Shown here: piece after piece, positions 9,532-19,608 of the stretch
Layout of the letters: each line of letters starts with the position of its first letter
Position numbering within the stretch: the stretch's first letter is position 1
Assembly: GCA_963675595.2 (NCBI GenBank)
Contig: CAXXLZ010000002.1
Location: 3,744,001-3,808,000, forward strand
Length of the DNA stretch: 64,000 bases
Direction of reading: 5' to 3'
Origin: Thermodesulfobacteriota bacterium
Lineage (GTDB): Bacteria; Desulfobacterota; Desulfarculia; JACQYL01
The notes under the pieces: model-generated
What the model saw: the letters and a program-made list of their open reading frames with translations, nothing else
Told to the model about the DNA's origin: nothing
Databases searched by the model: none
Translations under genes and position numbers: made by a program

Positions 9532-9966
9532 CTACGACCGGCCGCCGCCGTTGCGCGCCCCGGAATTCCTCCACAAAGGTCGACCGTCATCTCCCCGCAA
9601 GGGAACCAGGATGTCGTCGATGGTTATGGCCGTAAGAAGATTGCGTTCTTCTCCGTTGAGGGTGACGGTGTATCCTTCTACGGTCACCGTCTCGCCTACC
9701 GTGGGTTTGTCCACTTCGAGCGTCTCCCAGTACCAGTCCGGCCCGAGGCTGAAAAAGTATTCATTCCCTTCGGGAAGGGCGATTTCCAGCCCTTGTCCCA
9801 GGGGACCCACGGTGACCACCTCTCCCGTGTAAACGAAAGGCGTCTTATCCAGGGTGGCACAGGACCCGTCCTGAAGTCTGCTGCGATCACCTGCAGCCCA
9901 AGACCCCACGGAAAAGCACAAAGCCAGCGTCAACACCGTGAAATAAATCATTCCTTTTCTGATCAT
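9532..9966 (-). CDS. Exported small beta/OB-fold-like protein (resembles MamS/MamX-domain-type hypotheticals)
   Basis: AGGAG RBS before ATG 9966; signal peptide; LGPDWYW..GETVTVEG..LRGDDGRPLW pattern. Confidence 0.7.
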   Translation of the reverse strand: MIRKGMIYFTVLTLALCFSVGSWAAGDRSRLQDGSCATLDKTPFVYTGEVVTVGPLGQGLEIALPEGNEYFFSLGPDWYWETLEVDKPTVGETVTVEGYTVTLNGEERNLLTAITIDDILVPLRGDDGRPLWRNSGARNGGGRS

Positions 9967-9996
9967 AAAACTTTTCTCCTGTGATGTGATTTGAAC

Positions 9997-10046
9997 TCTA
10001 TACAGACGGGGTATCTGGAAAGTCACGGGTCGATGAAATTTTTTTG
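9997..10046 (-). promoter_or_regulatory. Possible ECF-sigma promoter for the CBM48 operon
   Basis: Minus strand reads AAAAAAATTT..GTGACTTT..CGTCTGTATAG upstream of the first gene; spacing is shorter than classic AAC-n16-CGT promoters. Confidence 0.3.
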
Positions 10047-10145
10047 CGGGGCTTCATCTCCGAAAAGGTGAGCGGGGTTATTGCCGCCCCTGATCGTCTG
10101 TGGTATTTAGAGCCCTGACGATAACCCTCGAAAATCTGGTCGGCT

Positions 10146-12362
10146 ATGCGTTTATCATCATATGTGGGGTGTTGGTTTCAGGTGCTGGTCCTATTCTTTC
10201 TGCTGGTTCCGTTGGAAGGCCTGGTTTTGGCCAACCCGGGCGGAGAGGCGGTTTCCGACGTCAGTTTCGATCTGGGAGAAGGTCCATGGCTGGTTGAAGG
10301 GGATCGCGCCGAATTCGACCCGGACGAGGGCGTCATTTCCGTAACGGGCAATGTCCGCATATCGCAGGAGGGAAGATTCCTCACGGCGGACCAGGTGATT
10401 TACCATCAGACGCTTCAGGAGGCCGAGGCAATCGGCAACGTTCTCGTCGTGAGTCATCAGGGATCCGCCAGGGGAGAGCGTCTGTGGATCGACATGAAGA
10501 ACCGGTTGGGCAAAATCCAGGCCGGTGAAATTTTTATTCGCGACGGGAATTACTATCTCCGGGGAGAGAGTATCGAGAAGGTCGGTGAGAATCGTTATCA
10601 TTTGGTGGACAGCTCCTTTACCTCCTGCGACGGCGATTGTCCCGCCTGGAGTTTTAAAGGAAAAGAAATCAGGGTGACCATAGACGGATATGCCTTCCTG
10701 ACGTCGGCGGTTTTCGAAGTCAAGGGGATTCCGGTTCTGTACGTGCCTTATTTCGTGGTGCCGGCCAAAGTCACACGCCAAACCGGACTTCTCATTCCGC
10801 GACCCGAATATTCGACACGCAGCGGTTTTGGAATCGATGTGCCTTTTTATTGGGCCATATCCGATCAAGCGGACGCCACTCTCTACGAGCACTACATGTG
10901 GGATCGCGGACTCAAACAGGGCGCCGAGCTGCGATATCTGACGAGCGATCAATCCGGAGGGACGATTCAGTTCGATTTTCTGAACGACCAACTGGACGAC
11001 GACGGGTACATCAACGACGGATACTCCCGTACGAATGAGTCTCGTTGGTGGCTGCGGTCCAAGCATGACCAGGAACTGCCCTGGGACGCCTCTCTGAAGT
11101 TGGACCTGGACCTGGCGAGCGATCAGGATTTTCTTCGCGAGTTCAGTTCATCCTACAGTGGCTTTCGCAGCTCCAACCAAGCATTTATGAAGGATTACGG
11201 CCGTAGCTTAGGGGAAGAAACCTCCCTCTATCGGAAATCCGTGCTCAACGCGACCAAGAATTGGGATCAGGCCGGCGTGACCGGGAGCGCCACCTATTTC
11301 CAGAGCTTGGTGAAAGAGCCGGAAAACCGGACGGCCCAACAGCTTCCTTCCCTCGCTTTTTCAGTGCCGTCGCTGCCGTTGGGAAATTCGCCCGTTTTTG
11401 CCCAACTGGACGCGGATCACTCCTACTTCTGGAGAGCGGACGGTCCCCGCGGGCACAGGACCCGGTTGAATCCTGAAATCTCTCTTCCTCATCGACTGGA
11501 CAGCGGGCTGGTGATCAGTCCTTTCGCCCGGGTCGATGAAACCGTCTATTATGTGGAAAACGAGGCCGACGGAGTGGAAAGCGGAACGGACTCTCGTTTC
11601 GAAGGGGGCGGCGGAGTCGAGACCAATGCCGTTCTTTCCCGAGTTTTTGATGTGGGAGCCGGGAGTCTGACTCGGATGCGCCACGAGATCAAACCCGTGG
11701 TTCGCTATGAATATCGTGCGGTGAACCGGTCGACGGAAGGGCCCATGTTTGATCCCTACGACGGTATCGAGGACGCCAACCGAATCAGCTATGGGGTGCT
11801 GAATGTGCTCAAAGGCAGGTTCGACGGTGCGGGGGGAGAGAGGTCGTATCGGGACTTGGCCAGGATGCGGGTTCTGCAATCCTACGACTTCGATGAAAAT
11901 CCCGTCGACCGAGTGGATCCAGGCGAGGCGGTCGACGAGCCCCACCGCCTTTCCGATCTTTCCTTTGAAATGGAAGTCTATCCCTTCTCCTACCTGCAGA
12001 TGTTCACGGATGCCATGATCGACACTTATGACGGGCAGGTGGCGGAGTTTAACAGTTATCTGATGGGCCGCGATCCACGGGGTGACTTTTTCAGTCTGGA
12101 CTACCGGTATACCAGGGACCGAGTTGAACAGTTGAACGCCTTTGTGCGTTTCAAAGTGACGGAAAACTTCTTCCTGCTCGGAAACGTGAAGCGCACATTA
12201 AAGGGAGACGCCACCATCGAAACCGGGGCCGGTGCCCAGCTTCAGTTTCAGTGCTGGGGCATGTTGATGAAGTATGAAGAGCTCGAAGACGATGACCGCT
12301 TTATGGTGCTTTTCGACCTGGCGGGCGTCGGTTACGCCGGGCCGCTTTCAACCGGGTTTTAA
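10146..12362 (+). CDS. lptD: LPS-assembly protein LptD
   Basis: Beta-jellyroll N-domain, FTSCDGDCPAWSF, YVPYF..RQTGLLIP, PFYWAI, C-terminal QCWG. Confidence 0.93.
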   Translation: MRLSSYVGCWFQVLVLFFLLVPLEGLVLANPGGEAVSDVSFDLGEGPWLVEGDRAEFDPDEGVISVTGNVRISQEGRFLTADQVIYHQTLQEAEAIGNVLVVSHQGSARGERLWIDMKNRLGKIQAGEIFIRDGNYYLRGESIEKVGENRYHLVDSSFTSCDGDCPAWSFKGKEIRVTIDGYAFLTSAVFEVKGIPVLYVPYFVVPAKVTRQTGLLIPRPEYSTRSGFGIDVPFYWAISDQADATLYEHYMWDRGLKQGAELRYLTSDQSGGTIQFDFLNDQLDDDGYINDGYSRTNESRWWLRSKHDQELPWDASLKLDLDLASDQDFLREFSSSYSGFRSSNQAFMKDYGRSLGEETSLYRKSVLNATKNWDQAGVTGSATYFQSLVKEPENRTAQQLPSLAFSVPSLPLGNSPVFAQLDADHSYFWRADGPRGHRTRLNPEISLPHRLDSGLVISPFARVDETVYYVENEADGVESGTDSRFEGGGGVETNAVLSRVFDVGAGSLTRMRHEIKPVVRYEYRAVNRSTEGPMFDPYDGIEDANRISYGVLNVLKGRFDGAGGERSYRDLARMRVLQSYDFDENPVDRVDPGEAVDEPHRLSDLSFEMEVYPFSYLQMFTDAMIDTYDGQVAEFNSYLMGRDPRGDFFSLDYRYTRDRVEQLNAFVRFKVTENFFLLGNVKRTLKGDATIETGAGAQLQFQCWGMLMKYEELEDDDRFMVLFDLAGVGYAGPLSTGF

Positions 12363-12863
12363 ACCTCGGAATAATGAATAGTTTCAATCTGTTTGCTTTT
12401 CGACAAATTTCCTTGATCCTTTCTAAAAAGTCCTGTAATAAATTTCTCGACTACGCCGATTTGTTAAGTAGAGCTGAACGGCGTAAATCGATTCGTTTTT
12501 CTTCCCACCCAATGGACAATCTTGCGTTTCCGGCGCCGCACAGGCGCTTGCGGGGGGCCTTCGGATGGAAAGACTTTTGGCCGGCGCACTCCGATTCGCA
12601 GGCCGACAACTGTCCGAAATGTGCGACAAATGCATCTGGTTTGAGTTCGATGATGAGAGCGAACGATGCATTAACCGATATGAACTCTGCTGTATCCTCC
12701 ATGTGGAGGAACACTTCTCTTCCGCCGACCGGCGCTGAAGCAACCGCTTTTTCGAGCCTGAACCGTGGAAGAAGGGTTCGGGCGAGCCGTAGAGTCTTTG
12801 TGTCCCCCCTACCCATACGACGTAACCTTCCGATTCATGGAAGTCGTTTGTTTCGGGTCTTCC

Positions 12864-12891
12864 TTGCAATTCGCGCGCGGTGAGATAGAAT
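12864..12891 (+). promoter_or_regulatory. Sigma70-like promoter for the ABC importer operon
   Basis: TTGCAA-N16-TAGAAT. Confidence 0.5.
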
Positions 12892-13114
12892 GCTAAACTC
12901 TTCGCGGGTGTGCGCTGGGAGCATCCGATTCAGACGACAGGCGGCTCCGCATGCCGGAGGGGTAGACAGCCGTTGAAGATGGGACGGGATGTGGTGAGGG
13001 CGCTTTCCCGGCCGGCCGGCGTCCGACTATGATCGGAAGCCGCGGAAGTCATTAACTCGGAAGCAACGGTAAACCTCCGGGTGTTCCGAGTGTTGTCGAG
13101 CCGTAAAGGTGAAC

Positions 13115-14107
13115 ATGAAGAATGCAGATAGGGAAAACGTGCTCCTCGATTCATTTCGGGCAAAGGTGCCCGAAGGCCGGAGCGTCATGGCGTCGCTTGC
13201 TCGCGCCAAGAAGGTCTGGATGATTCTGATGATATTCGGTTTCATCTGTCGGGATGTTCCCATCAGTGCGAAGACGGTGGTGGATGCCGCCGGACGACAG
13301 GTTACCGCCCCCGATGCTCCTCAACGAATCATCTCCATGGCTCCGAGCGTTACGGAAATGCTCTTCGCCTTGGGTTTGGGGCCGCGGGTCGTCGGAGTCA
13401 GCCGGTTCAGCGATTATCCTCCGGAAGTCCAAAACCTCCCCAAAGTGGGGCCCTATGTGGACATTCACATTGAAGCCGTTCTGGGGCTGAATCCGGACTT
13501 GGTTATCGGTGCTGAAGACGGAAATCCCCACCACGTGACTTCGAAGCTGAGAGAACTCCACATCCCCGTTTACATTACCAATCCCAGAGATTTCCAAGGT
13601 GTTTTCCATTCGCTTGAAAGCCTGGGTGAGCTGCTGGGGGCCGAGGAGCGGGCCGCCGCTTTGGTTGGGGATATGAAGAGGCGTTTGGAGTGCATTCGAT
13701 CTCTGACCTCCGGATTGCCCCGACCCAAAGTGCTTCTGCAGATCGAGCATACTCCGCTGGTTACGGTCAACCGTGACACGCTGCAAAGTAAGCTCATCGA
13801 GCTGGCGGGCGGCGACAATCCGGCGCAGGGAGAACCGGTTCACTACCCGCGCTACAGCATGGAAACGGTGCTGCAATCTCAGCCGGATGTCATCATTATC
13901 AGTACGATGCTGGACCAGAGCTCTCTGCAATCGGAGATAGACGGATGGAAACGGTATTCCGTTCTTCCGGCGGTAAGAAACGGACGAATCTACGCAATAT
14001 CCCCCAACATCATCGCAAGGGCGGGCCCACGCATTATCCAAGGTCTGGAGACCATGTTCAAGATGATTCATCCGGAGGTGTCGCTTGATTGCGGCAAAGC
14101 CTCGTAA
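13115..14107 (+). CDS. btuF: Cobalamin/Fe-siderophore-type ABC substrate-binding protein (BtuF-like); start uncertain (13115 or 13187)
   Basis: PQRIISMAPSVTEMLFALG, VGVSRFSDYP, LNPDLV, PAVRNGRIY, RAGPRI. Confidence 0.85.
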   Translation: MKNADRENVLLDSFRAKVPEGRSVMASLARAKKVWMILMIFGFICRDVPISAKTVVDAAGRQVTAPDAPQRIISMAPSVTEMLFALGLGPRVVGVSRFSDYPPEVQNLPKVGPYVDIHIEAVLGLNPDLVIGAEDGNPHHVTSKLRELHIPVYITNPRDFQGVFHSLESLGELLGAEERAAALVGDMKRRLECIRSLTSGLPRPKVLLQIEHTPLVTVNRDTLQSKLIELAGGDNPAQGEPVHYPRYSMETVLQSQPDVIIISTMLDQSSLQSEIDGWKRYSVLPAVRNGRIYAISPNIIARAGPRIIQGLETMFKMIHPEVSLDCGKAS

Positions 14108-15098
14108 CATCTTGTTGGTGTGCGGTATTCTATCGGGGCTTTTCTGTTTGGTAGCGGCTCTGGGACTCGCTTCCGGTGCCGTGCCTCTCGGATTCGGCCG
14201 GCTCTGGGAAGTGCTTCGGGGCTCGTCGGGCAGCGCCGTGGAGGAGATGATTGTTCTGGATCTCAGACTGCCGAGAGTGCTGCTGGCCGGAGTGGTCGGT
14301 TTCGGCTTGGGGCAGTGCGGCGTCGTTTTCCAGACCTTGCTCAGGAATCCTCTGGCCGAACCGTTCATCCTGGGAATCTCCAGCGGTTCGGCTCTGGGCG
14401 CCATCGCGGCCATTGTATTGGGCCTGCAATTCCCCGCAGCCGTTTCCGTGTGCGCCTTCGGGGGAGGATTGGTCACCATCGCCCTGATCCTCGGGATTTC
14501 CCAGGGACGCGGTTCGATGAACACCACGACGCTGCTTCTCACCGGCGTGGTCCTCAACGCCTTCTTCTATTCCATCATCATGTTCTTCGTTTCCACCTCC
14601 ACCGAGGAAAAGCTTCACGCACTCTTGTTCTGGCTGTATGGCGACCTTGGGAGAAGTCAGTATCTGCATGTGGCGGCCGTGGCTCCGGTTGTGATTTTGG
14701 GGGCCCTGTTCCTTTACGGGTATGCCAAGAGTCTCAACCTGCTGGCTGCCGGAGACGAGGCGGCCCATCACTTGGGTATCGAAGTGGAAAAGACCAAGAT
14801 CGTCTTGTTTGTGACGCTTTCCCTCATCACGGGGTTCGTAGTTTCCGTCAGCGGGGTGATCGGTTTCGTCGGCCTCATTGTCCCGCATCTGGTCCGCATG
14901 GTTCTGGGATCGGACCATCGTGTTCTGCTTCCCGCCGCAGGTCTTTTCGGGGCGTGTTTTCTGGTGGCGGCGGATACGGCGGCTCGAGTGGTCATCGCTC
15001 CCACCGAACTGCCCGTGGGAGTGATCACGGCGTTTCTTGGAGCGCCTTTCTTCATTCTTGTGCTCAACCGGAAGGGAAGCGGATGGAGCCCGTCCTGA
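14085..15098 (+). CDS. btuC: FecCD/BtuC family ABC permease
   Basis: LRLPRV, RNPLAEPFILGISSG, GFVGLIVPH, ELPVGVITAFLGAPFF. Confidence 0.9.
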   Translation: MIAAKPRNILLVCGILSGLFCLVAALGLASGAVPLGFGRLWEVLRGSSGSAVEEMIVLDLRLPRVLLAGVVGFGLGQCGVVFQTLLRNPLAEPFILGISSGSALGAIAAIVLGLQFPAAVSVCAFGGGLVTIALILGISQGRGSMNTTTLLLTGVVLNAFFYSIIMFFVSTSTEEKLHALLFWLYGDLGRSQYLHVAAVAPVVILGALFLYGYAKSLNLLAAGDEAAHHLGIEVEKTKIVLFVTLSLITGFVVSVSGVIGFVGLIVPHLVRMVLGSDHRVLLPAAGLFGACFLVAADTAARVVIAPTELPVGVITAFLGAPFFILVLNRKGSGWSPS

Positions 15099-15922
15099 GG
15101 GCCGAGGACCTTGGTGTAGGTTACGGGGAACAAGACGTCCTCGAAAACATTTCGTTCCAGGTGTACGCGGGAGATTTTCTGTCCGTCATCGGTCCCAACG
15201 GGTCCGGCAAGACCACGCTGCTCAGGGCCCTCAGCGGGGCGATTCGCGCCAGAACCGGCAATGTGATGTACAAGGGAATTCCAGTCCGTGACTACTCGCG
15301 AAAGCAGCTGGCGAAGAGCATGGCCTTTGTGGCTCAGGAATACGCCTTCACCCATCCCATGACGGTGAAGGAAGTCGTGCTCATGGGCCGCTACCCTCAT
15401 CTCTCCCGGTTGTCCTTCGAAGGCCCTCACGACCTGGAGGTGGCCCGACAAGCCATGCGGTTCACCGATACGGAGCATTTGGGGGATCGAAGATTTCAGG
15501 AACTGAGCGGTGGAGAACGTCAAAGAGTCATCATCGCCCGGGCGCTGGCACAAGAGCCTGAGATCGTTCTCTTCGACGAGCCCACGGCTTTTCTCGACAT
15601 CGGGCACCAGGTGGATTTCTTTGATCTCATCTGGGATCTCAACCGGAATCGCGGACTGACCATCGTGGCCGTATCCCACGACATCAACCTCGCGGCCCAG
15701 TACAGCGGACGCATGCTGTTGATGCAAAAGGGACGCGTTTATCGTCTCGGAACGGTTTCGGAAGTGGTCACGGAGGATGCCATGCGGGCGGTTTACGGAA
15801 AGCAGGTCCTGCTGGATCTGAATCCGGTGACCGGCTCACCCAGGATTACCTTGTTGGGGCGAAACCAGGGCGCGGAGTCGGGCGCGGTCGTCGAGCACAG
15901 GGTGATGCCCGAGAACACGTAA
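15083..15922 (+). CDS. ABC ATP-binding protein (BtuD/FecE-like)
   Basis: GPNGSGKT, LSGGERQ, LFDEPT, VSHD; ATG 15083 overlaps the permease end. Confidence 0.92.
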   Translation: MEPVLRAEDLGVGYGEQDVLENISFQVYAGDFLSVIGPNGSGKTTLLRALSGAIRARTGNVMYKGIPVRDYSRKQLAKSMAFVAQEYAFTHPMTVKEVVLMGRYPHLSRLSFEGPHDLEVARQAMRFTDTEHLGDRRFQELSGGERQRVIIARALAQEPEIVLFDEPTAFLDIGHQVDFFDLIWDLNRNRGLTIVAVSHDINLAAQYSGRMLLMQKGRVYRLGTVSEVVTEDAMRAVYGKQVLLDLNPVTGSPRITLLGRNQGAESGAVVEHRVMPENT

Positions 15923-15984
15923 GCCTGTCATCTCGAAGATTCTTTTTAGGCATTCACGGGGGGCAGGAAATTCGCCGAAAACAT

Positions 15985-16016
15985 AAGCGGGATGCCCTTC
16001 GGAGGGTATCCCGCTT
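15985..16016. terminator. Bidirectional intrinsic terminator
   Basis: AAGCGGGATGCCCT-TCGG-AGGGTATCCCGCTT hairpin between convergent genes. Confidence 0.8.
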
Positions 16017-16058
16017 TAAATCTGGAAAAACGGAAACAGGCTTGCGGAAGGAGGGCGA

Positions 16059-16397
16059 TTATTCTTTAGCCTTGCCCTTCAACTCCTCGATTTCTTTCTT
16101 GAGAACCTGTACCTCGTCTTCGTACTTCTTGGCCTCGGATTTGTATTTTTCAACATCTTCAGGCTGTCCGTAGGTAGTGGTAAATCCTTCTTCTTCTTCC
16201 TTCTTGCGCTCTACACGGTCTTTGAATTCCTCAAGTCCCAGGTAGGTGGCCAGCGCGCCTCCGAGGATGAGCACCAGCGGAATTCCCCCGCCCAAAAGCA
16301 TCAGAAAGCTTTTCCAGAATACAATGATACCCACGATCCCAAGTACGAGTGCAGCGATACCTCCAATCAACGCTGTCATAACCACTACCTCCTTCAA
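16059..16397 (-). CDS. Small two-TM membrane protein with charged coiled-coil tail
   Basis: Two hydrophobic helices then a K/E-rich helix; AGGAGG RBS suggests a start near 16379. Confidence 0.8.
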   Translation of the reverse strand: MKEVVVMTALIGGIAALVLGIVGIIVFWKSFLMLLGGGIPLVLILGGALATYLGLEEFKDRVERKKEEEEGFTTTYGQPEDVEKYKSEAKKYEDEVQVLKKEIEELKGKAKE

Positions 16398-16600
16398 TGT
16401 ATTTATGTTTACGATTGTGATTCGTTGTTCAAAGTAAAGCGTCTATATATCAGGAACCGCCTGCCGGAAACAAGATATTTTTGACGCGCTCATCTCGCAG
16501 GAAAGACCGTGAAACCTTAAGATGCCGGGTTCCCTGACGAGTCGCAGGCTTTCGAGGAAAAAGAAACAAAAACTCGATGAATAGTCTTATCCCCTCCCAT

Positions 16601-17044
16601 CTACTCGACTCCGGAGCTTGCTCCGGCCCGCTTCAGTATTTGGTCTCGGAGACCTTTGGGGTTACGGACCCCGTAAAGGACCCGAACTTCTCCTTGAGGA
16701 GATTTCAGGTGAACGGCCAAGTTGCCGATGCCGAGGGCGCTTTGGGTGAGTCCGCGCCGCAACTCCACCGAATCGATGTTCGCAAAGGGGATTTCTTCAT
16801 CCCGACCTCCGGGAATACCGTTATTGACGATCAAGACGCCGTCCGTCCAGGTGTAGGCGGTTGTCGACCTTCTCAATATCACGAAAGCTGCAATCAGGCC
16901 GCAGATTACCAGCCCTTCCGTCCTGTAGGGAGCGTATTGCGGGTTCACCTGGGGTCCCAAGAGGAACAGCGCGGCCGCAGTGTAGAACACAAAATAGCTT
17001 GACCAAGCGGGACGGATCGTGACGCTCGATTCCGAGGTGACCAT
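16601..17044 (-). CDS. Membrane-flanked bacterial PH-domain (bPH_2) protein
   Basis: IRPAW, two TMs, IPFANIDSVELRRGLTQSALGIGNL. Confidence 0.8.
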   Translation of the reverse strand: MVTSESSVTIRPAWSSYFVFYTAAALFLLGPQVNPQYAPYRTEGLVICGLIAAFVILRRSTTAYTWTDGVLIVNNGIPGGRDEEIPFANIDSVELRRGLTQSALGIGNLAVHLKSPQGEVRVLYGVRNPKGLRDQILKRAGASSGVE

Positions 17045-17068
17045 GCGTACTCACGTTGATGAACGGTT

Positions 17069-17782
17069 TTACTTGATTTTGGCTCGCAGCTTGGCCTGAT
17101 AGCCGTCGTAGACCCGGTCGATCAGGGCCAACAGCGACTTCCTGACCTCTTTGGTATCTGGAAGCTCAAGGGGTTTGGGTAGGTCGAGAGACTCCCATAC
17201 CACGGGGCGGATGATCATTTTGCTTTCCACCGACATGAGTTCTTCCGGAGTGAAATTCCCCCCCAGAAACTTCTGACGCTCGAGTTGCAGCACGTCCATA
17301 TTCTTGAGGAAGTGAATGATCGACAACAAATCAAACTCTTTGCGGAACCAGTCAACATTGGCGTTGGCCGCTTTGCAGTCTTCACAGAGTTCGTAATAGA
17401 GCTCTTTGTACCTACCCGCCCACATGACGAGTCGATCATAAGACTCCAAGACGATCCGCCTGTACTTGGCTCGAAAGGTGAATCCCCCAGCGGAAATGAG
17501 TCGGATCCGCCTCATGTCGAGATCGGATCCGAAGAATTCGAAAGGACGGATCCGCTCTACGCCGATGATGTTGATGAACTCTTTGATGTACGAAGGATCG
17601 ATCAGGAGCCCGAACATTCTGAGGAACCGCTTTCCCACCAAAGTGCGGTATTTCTTCGCGCGTTCGGTCCTTTCATGAAACTCCTGAAGCACCTCTTCGA
17701 CGACACGCCGATTCAGCAGGTAGTTTTCAACGACCTCCTGCTTTACGGCTTTAGTGAGGCCTAAAACAAAATCGTCTTCCAT
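17069..17782 (-). CDS. Hypothetical helical protein
   Basis: 237-aa ORF in operon context with protein-like composition. Confidence 0.75.
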   Translation of the reverse strand: MEDDFVLGLTKAVKQEVVENYLLNRRVVEEVLQEFHERTERAKKYRTLVGKRFLRMFGLLIDPSYIKEFINIIGVERIRPFEFFGSDLDMRRIRLISAGGFTFRAKYRRIVLESYDRLVMWAGRYKELYYELCEDCKAANANVDWFRKEFDLLSIIHFLKNMDVLQLERQKFLGGNFTPEELMSVESKMIIRPVVWESLDLPKPLELPDTKEVRKSLLALIDRVYDGYQAKLRAKIK

Positions 17783-17861
17783 GACCGCATTCTTTCAAGC
17801 CCGAGGTTATTTATCAAGCACTGATTCCCCGTTTCAGCGGCGATTATCACGCGGAGCGGAC

Positions 17862-18797
17862 TCAGAAATGAAACAGATAAAGCCAAGCGTAATAAGTCGC
17901 CATGGAGCACAATGTGGTCAGTGAGACCATGTTTGCCGCCCACTGAGGATCACCGCCCAATTCCGCACCCATGACCACGGTTACGGTGGCCGTGGGCGCC
18001 GCCAGAAGCACCGTCGCCGTGGCCTGGGAGAGCGGGGGCGCGTCGCCCATCCAGAACAGAAGGGTGCCGGCCGCGGGGAGTAACACCAGCTTGAACATTA
18101 AACAGATCGCGGCCAACGGCGCCGTACCGGAGAGAGCCCCCAAAGACAAGGTCGCTCCGATGATCAGCAGGGCCAAAGGGAGGGCCATGCCGGCGATCAT
18201 CTCCATGCTTCGCTTCAGGACATCCGGCAAAGGCAAGCTGAATAAGGAGAAAGCAACCCCAAGCACCAGGGCAATGATCACGGGGTTGAGCAGCACGGGT
18301 TTGAAAAGCCTCAACAGACCGGGACGGCGGTTCTTGCCGGAGGCGCCGAGTCGGGTCAGGATGAGAATGGAAAACACGTTCTGGATAAGGATCAGAATCG
18401 CCATCATGAAAGCGGCGGCGGTAAGTCCGCGGTCCCCATAAACATAGTAGATCACTGCGACACCGACGTAGCCTATGTTGCCGTGCACGCCGGTCTGAAT
18501 GAAACTCGCCCTGGTTTTCTGCAAATTCGGCCCTTTGAGGAGGAACCCGGAAAGGACGATAACCGAAATCGCCGCGGCGAGGAAGGCTGCGAGTATGCAT
18601 AACGCGCTCATCAGATGGAACGCTTCACGAAAAGGTGCCTGGGCGACTTTCAAGAAAACGAGAAACGGAATGGCAAAGTAATAGATCAGGCGATTTGCGG
18701 GAGCGACGAAGGCGGTGGGAATGAATCCCAGTCGCTTTCCGGCGACGCCCAGGAACATGACCAGAAAAACCGGTGCTATGCGTAGAAAGAGTTCCAA
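17862..18797 (-). CDS. AEC (auxin efflux carrier) family transporter
   Basis: About 10 TMs; GNIGYVG, LLNPVIIA, LPLALLIIGATL, AAPTA. Confidence 0.9.
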   Translation of the reverse strand: MELFLRIAPVFLVMFLGVAGKRLGFIPTAFVAPANRLIYYFAIPFLVFLKVAQAPFREAFHLMSALCILAAFLAAAISVIVLSGFLLKGPNLQKTRASFIQTGVHGNIGYVGVAVIYYVYGDRGLTAAAFMMAILILIQNVFSILILTRLGASGKNRRPGLLRLFKPVLLNPVIIALVLGVAFSLFSLPLPDVLKRSMEMIAGMALPLALLIIGATLSLGALSGTAPLAAICLMFKLVLLPAAGTLLFWMGDAPPLSQATATVLLAAPTATVTVVMGAELGGDPQWAANMVSLTTLCSMATYYAWLYLFHF

Positions 18798-19124
18798 CTT
18801 CTCGCTCGCGTGAAGTGATCATCGGTAGGAAAGTCCCCGACCTTCTTCCAAAGGAATGCATCGTATATTCCCCGAAGGGGGGCTTGTCAAATGCAAGAGC
18901 CGGCTTGATGTGGGGTCGGCTTCTCCGAGCGGAATGATGGGAATGAACCGATGGATCAACGAAAGCCGCGGGAAAGGTCGGTGAAAACCTTGGCAGAGCT
19001 CGTGTCCGGATTCCCCGCGCGATCCACGGGCAAATCCCCGCGATGTGGGAATGAGAGATAACTTCGTGAGAAGTCGTGTATGACGGCTTATGAAATCCGT
19101 TGTGGCGGGGGCGTTTCACATGAA

Positions 19125-19559
19125 CTAAAGGGATCCATAGTCCCCACGATCCAGCTTCATGCGTTCTCTCGCGGCCGTCACGGTCATTTCCTGCGTCAGA
19201 ACCTTCAAAGGCGGCGTGAGGGACAAGGATTGTCTGCTGAGGCTCAGGAGTTGATCGTCAAGTTTCCGAAGGGTGCGATCAAGATCGACGGCGGTCTTCG
19301 TGGGATTCAACAGCTCTTCGCGGTACTCTTCCATGGTGTGAAGCACAAGCTCCGCCTGCAAAAGCGCGGGCTGTTCCTGTGCGGTCGTCGCGGAAACGGC
19401 TTCCGTCCTGCCGGCAGGCGCTGCGGCACGGATGTCCTCTTTCCGGGAACTCTGCAGACCCGTTAAGACGTCCTTAAAGGTCCGGGAATTTTGCTCTTTC
19501 ACTTTGGACCTCTGGTGTGTGGTTTCTCCGGCAACCAAGTTTGAATTGATGACCACCAT
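19125..19559 (-). CDS. Hypothetical protein, probably sigma54-dependent
   Basis: GGAGG RBS before ATG 19559; helical C-terminal domain ending KLDRGDYGSL. Confidence 0.7.
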   Translation of the reverse strand: MVVINSNLVAGETTHQRSKVKEQNSRTFKDVLTGLQSSRKEDIRAAAPAGRTEAVSATTAQEQPALLQAELVLHTMEEYREELLNPTKTAVDLDRTLRKLDDQLLSLSRQSLSLTPPLKVLTQEMTVTAARERMKLDRGDYGSL

Positions 19560-19608
19560 GAATCCTCCGCTGGACGGGAAAGGTACGAATGCTTTGAACT
19601 TTACATTT

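Noticed and set aside
9532-9966. Magnetosome interpretation of the MamS/MamX-like protein
   Set aside because: No CxxCH magnetochrome motif and no other mam genes in the window
12374-12883. Three overlapping ORFs between lptD and btuF
   Set aside because: No motifs or convincing RBS; none can be supported as a gene
14120-15082. Apparent 321-aa N-terminal extension of the ABC ATPase (600-aa ORF)
   Set aside because: Off-frame overlap with the permease; the real start is ATG 15083
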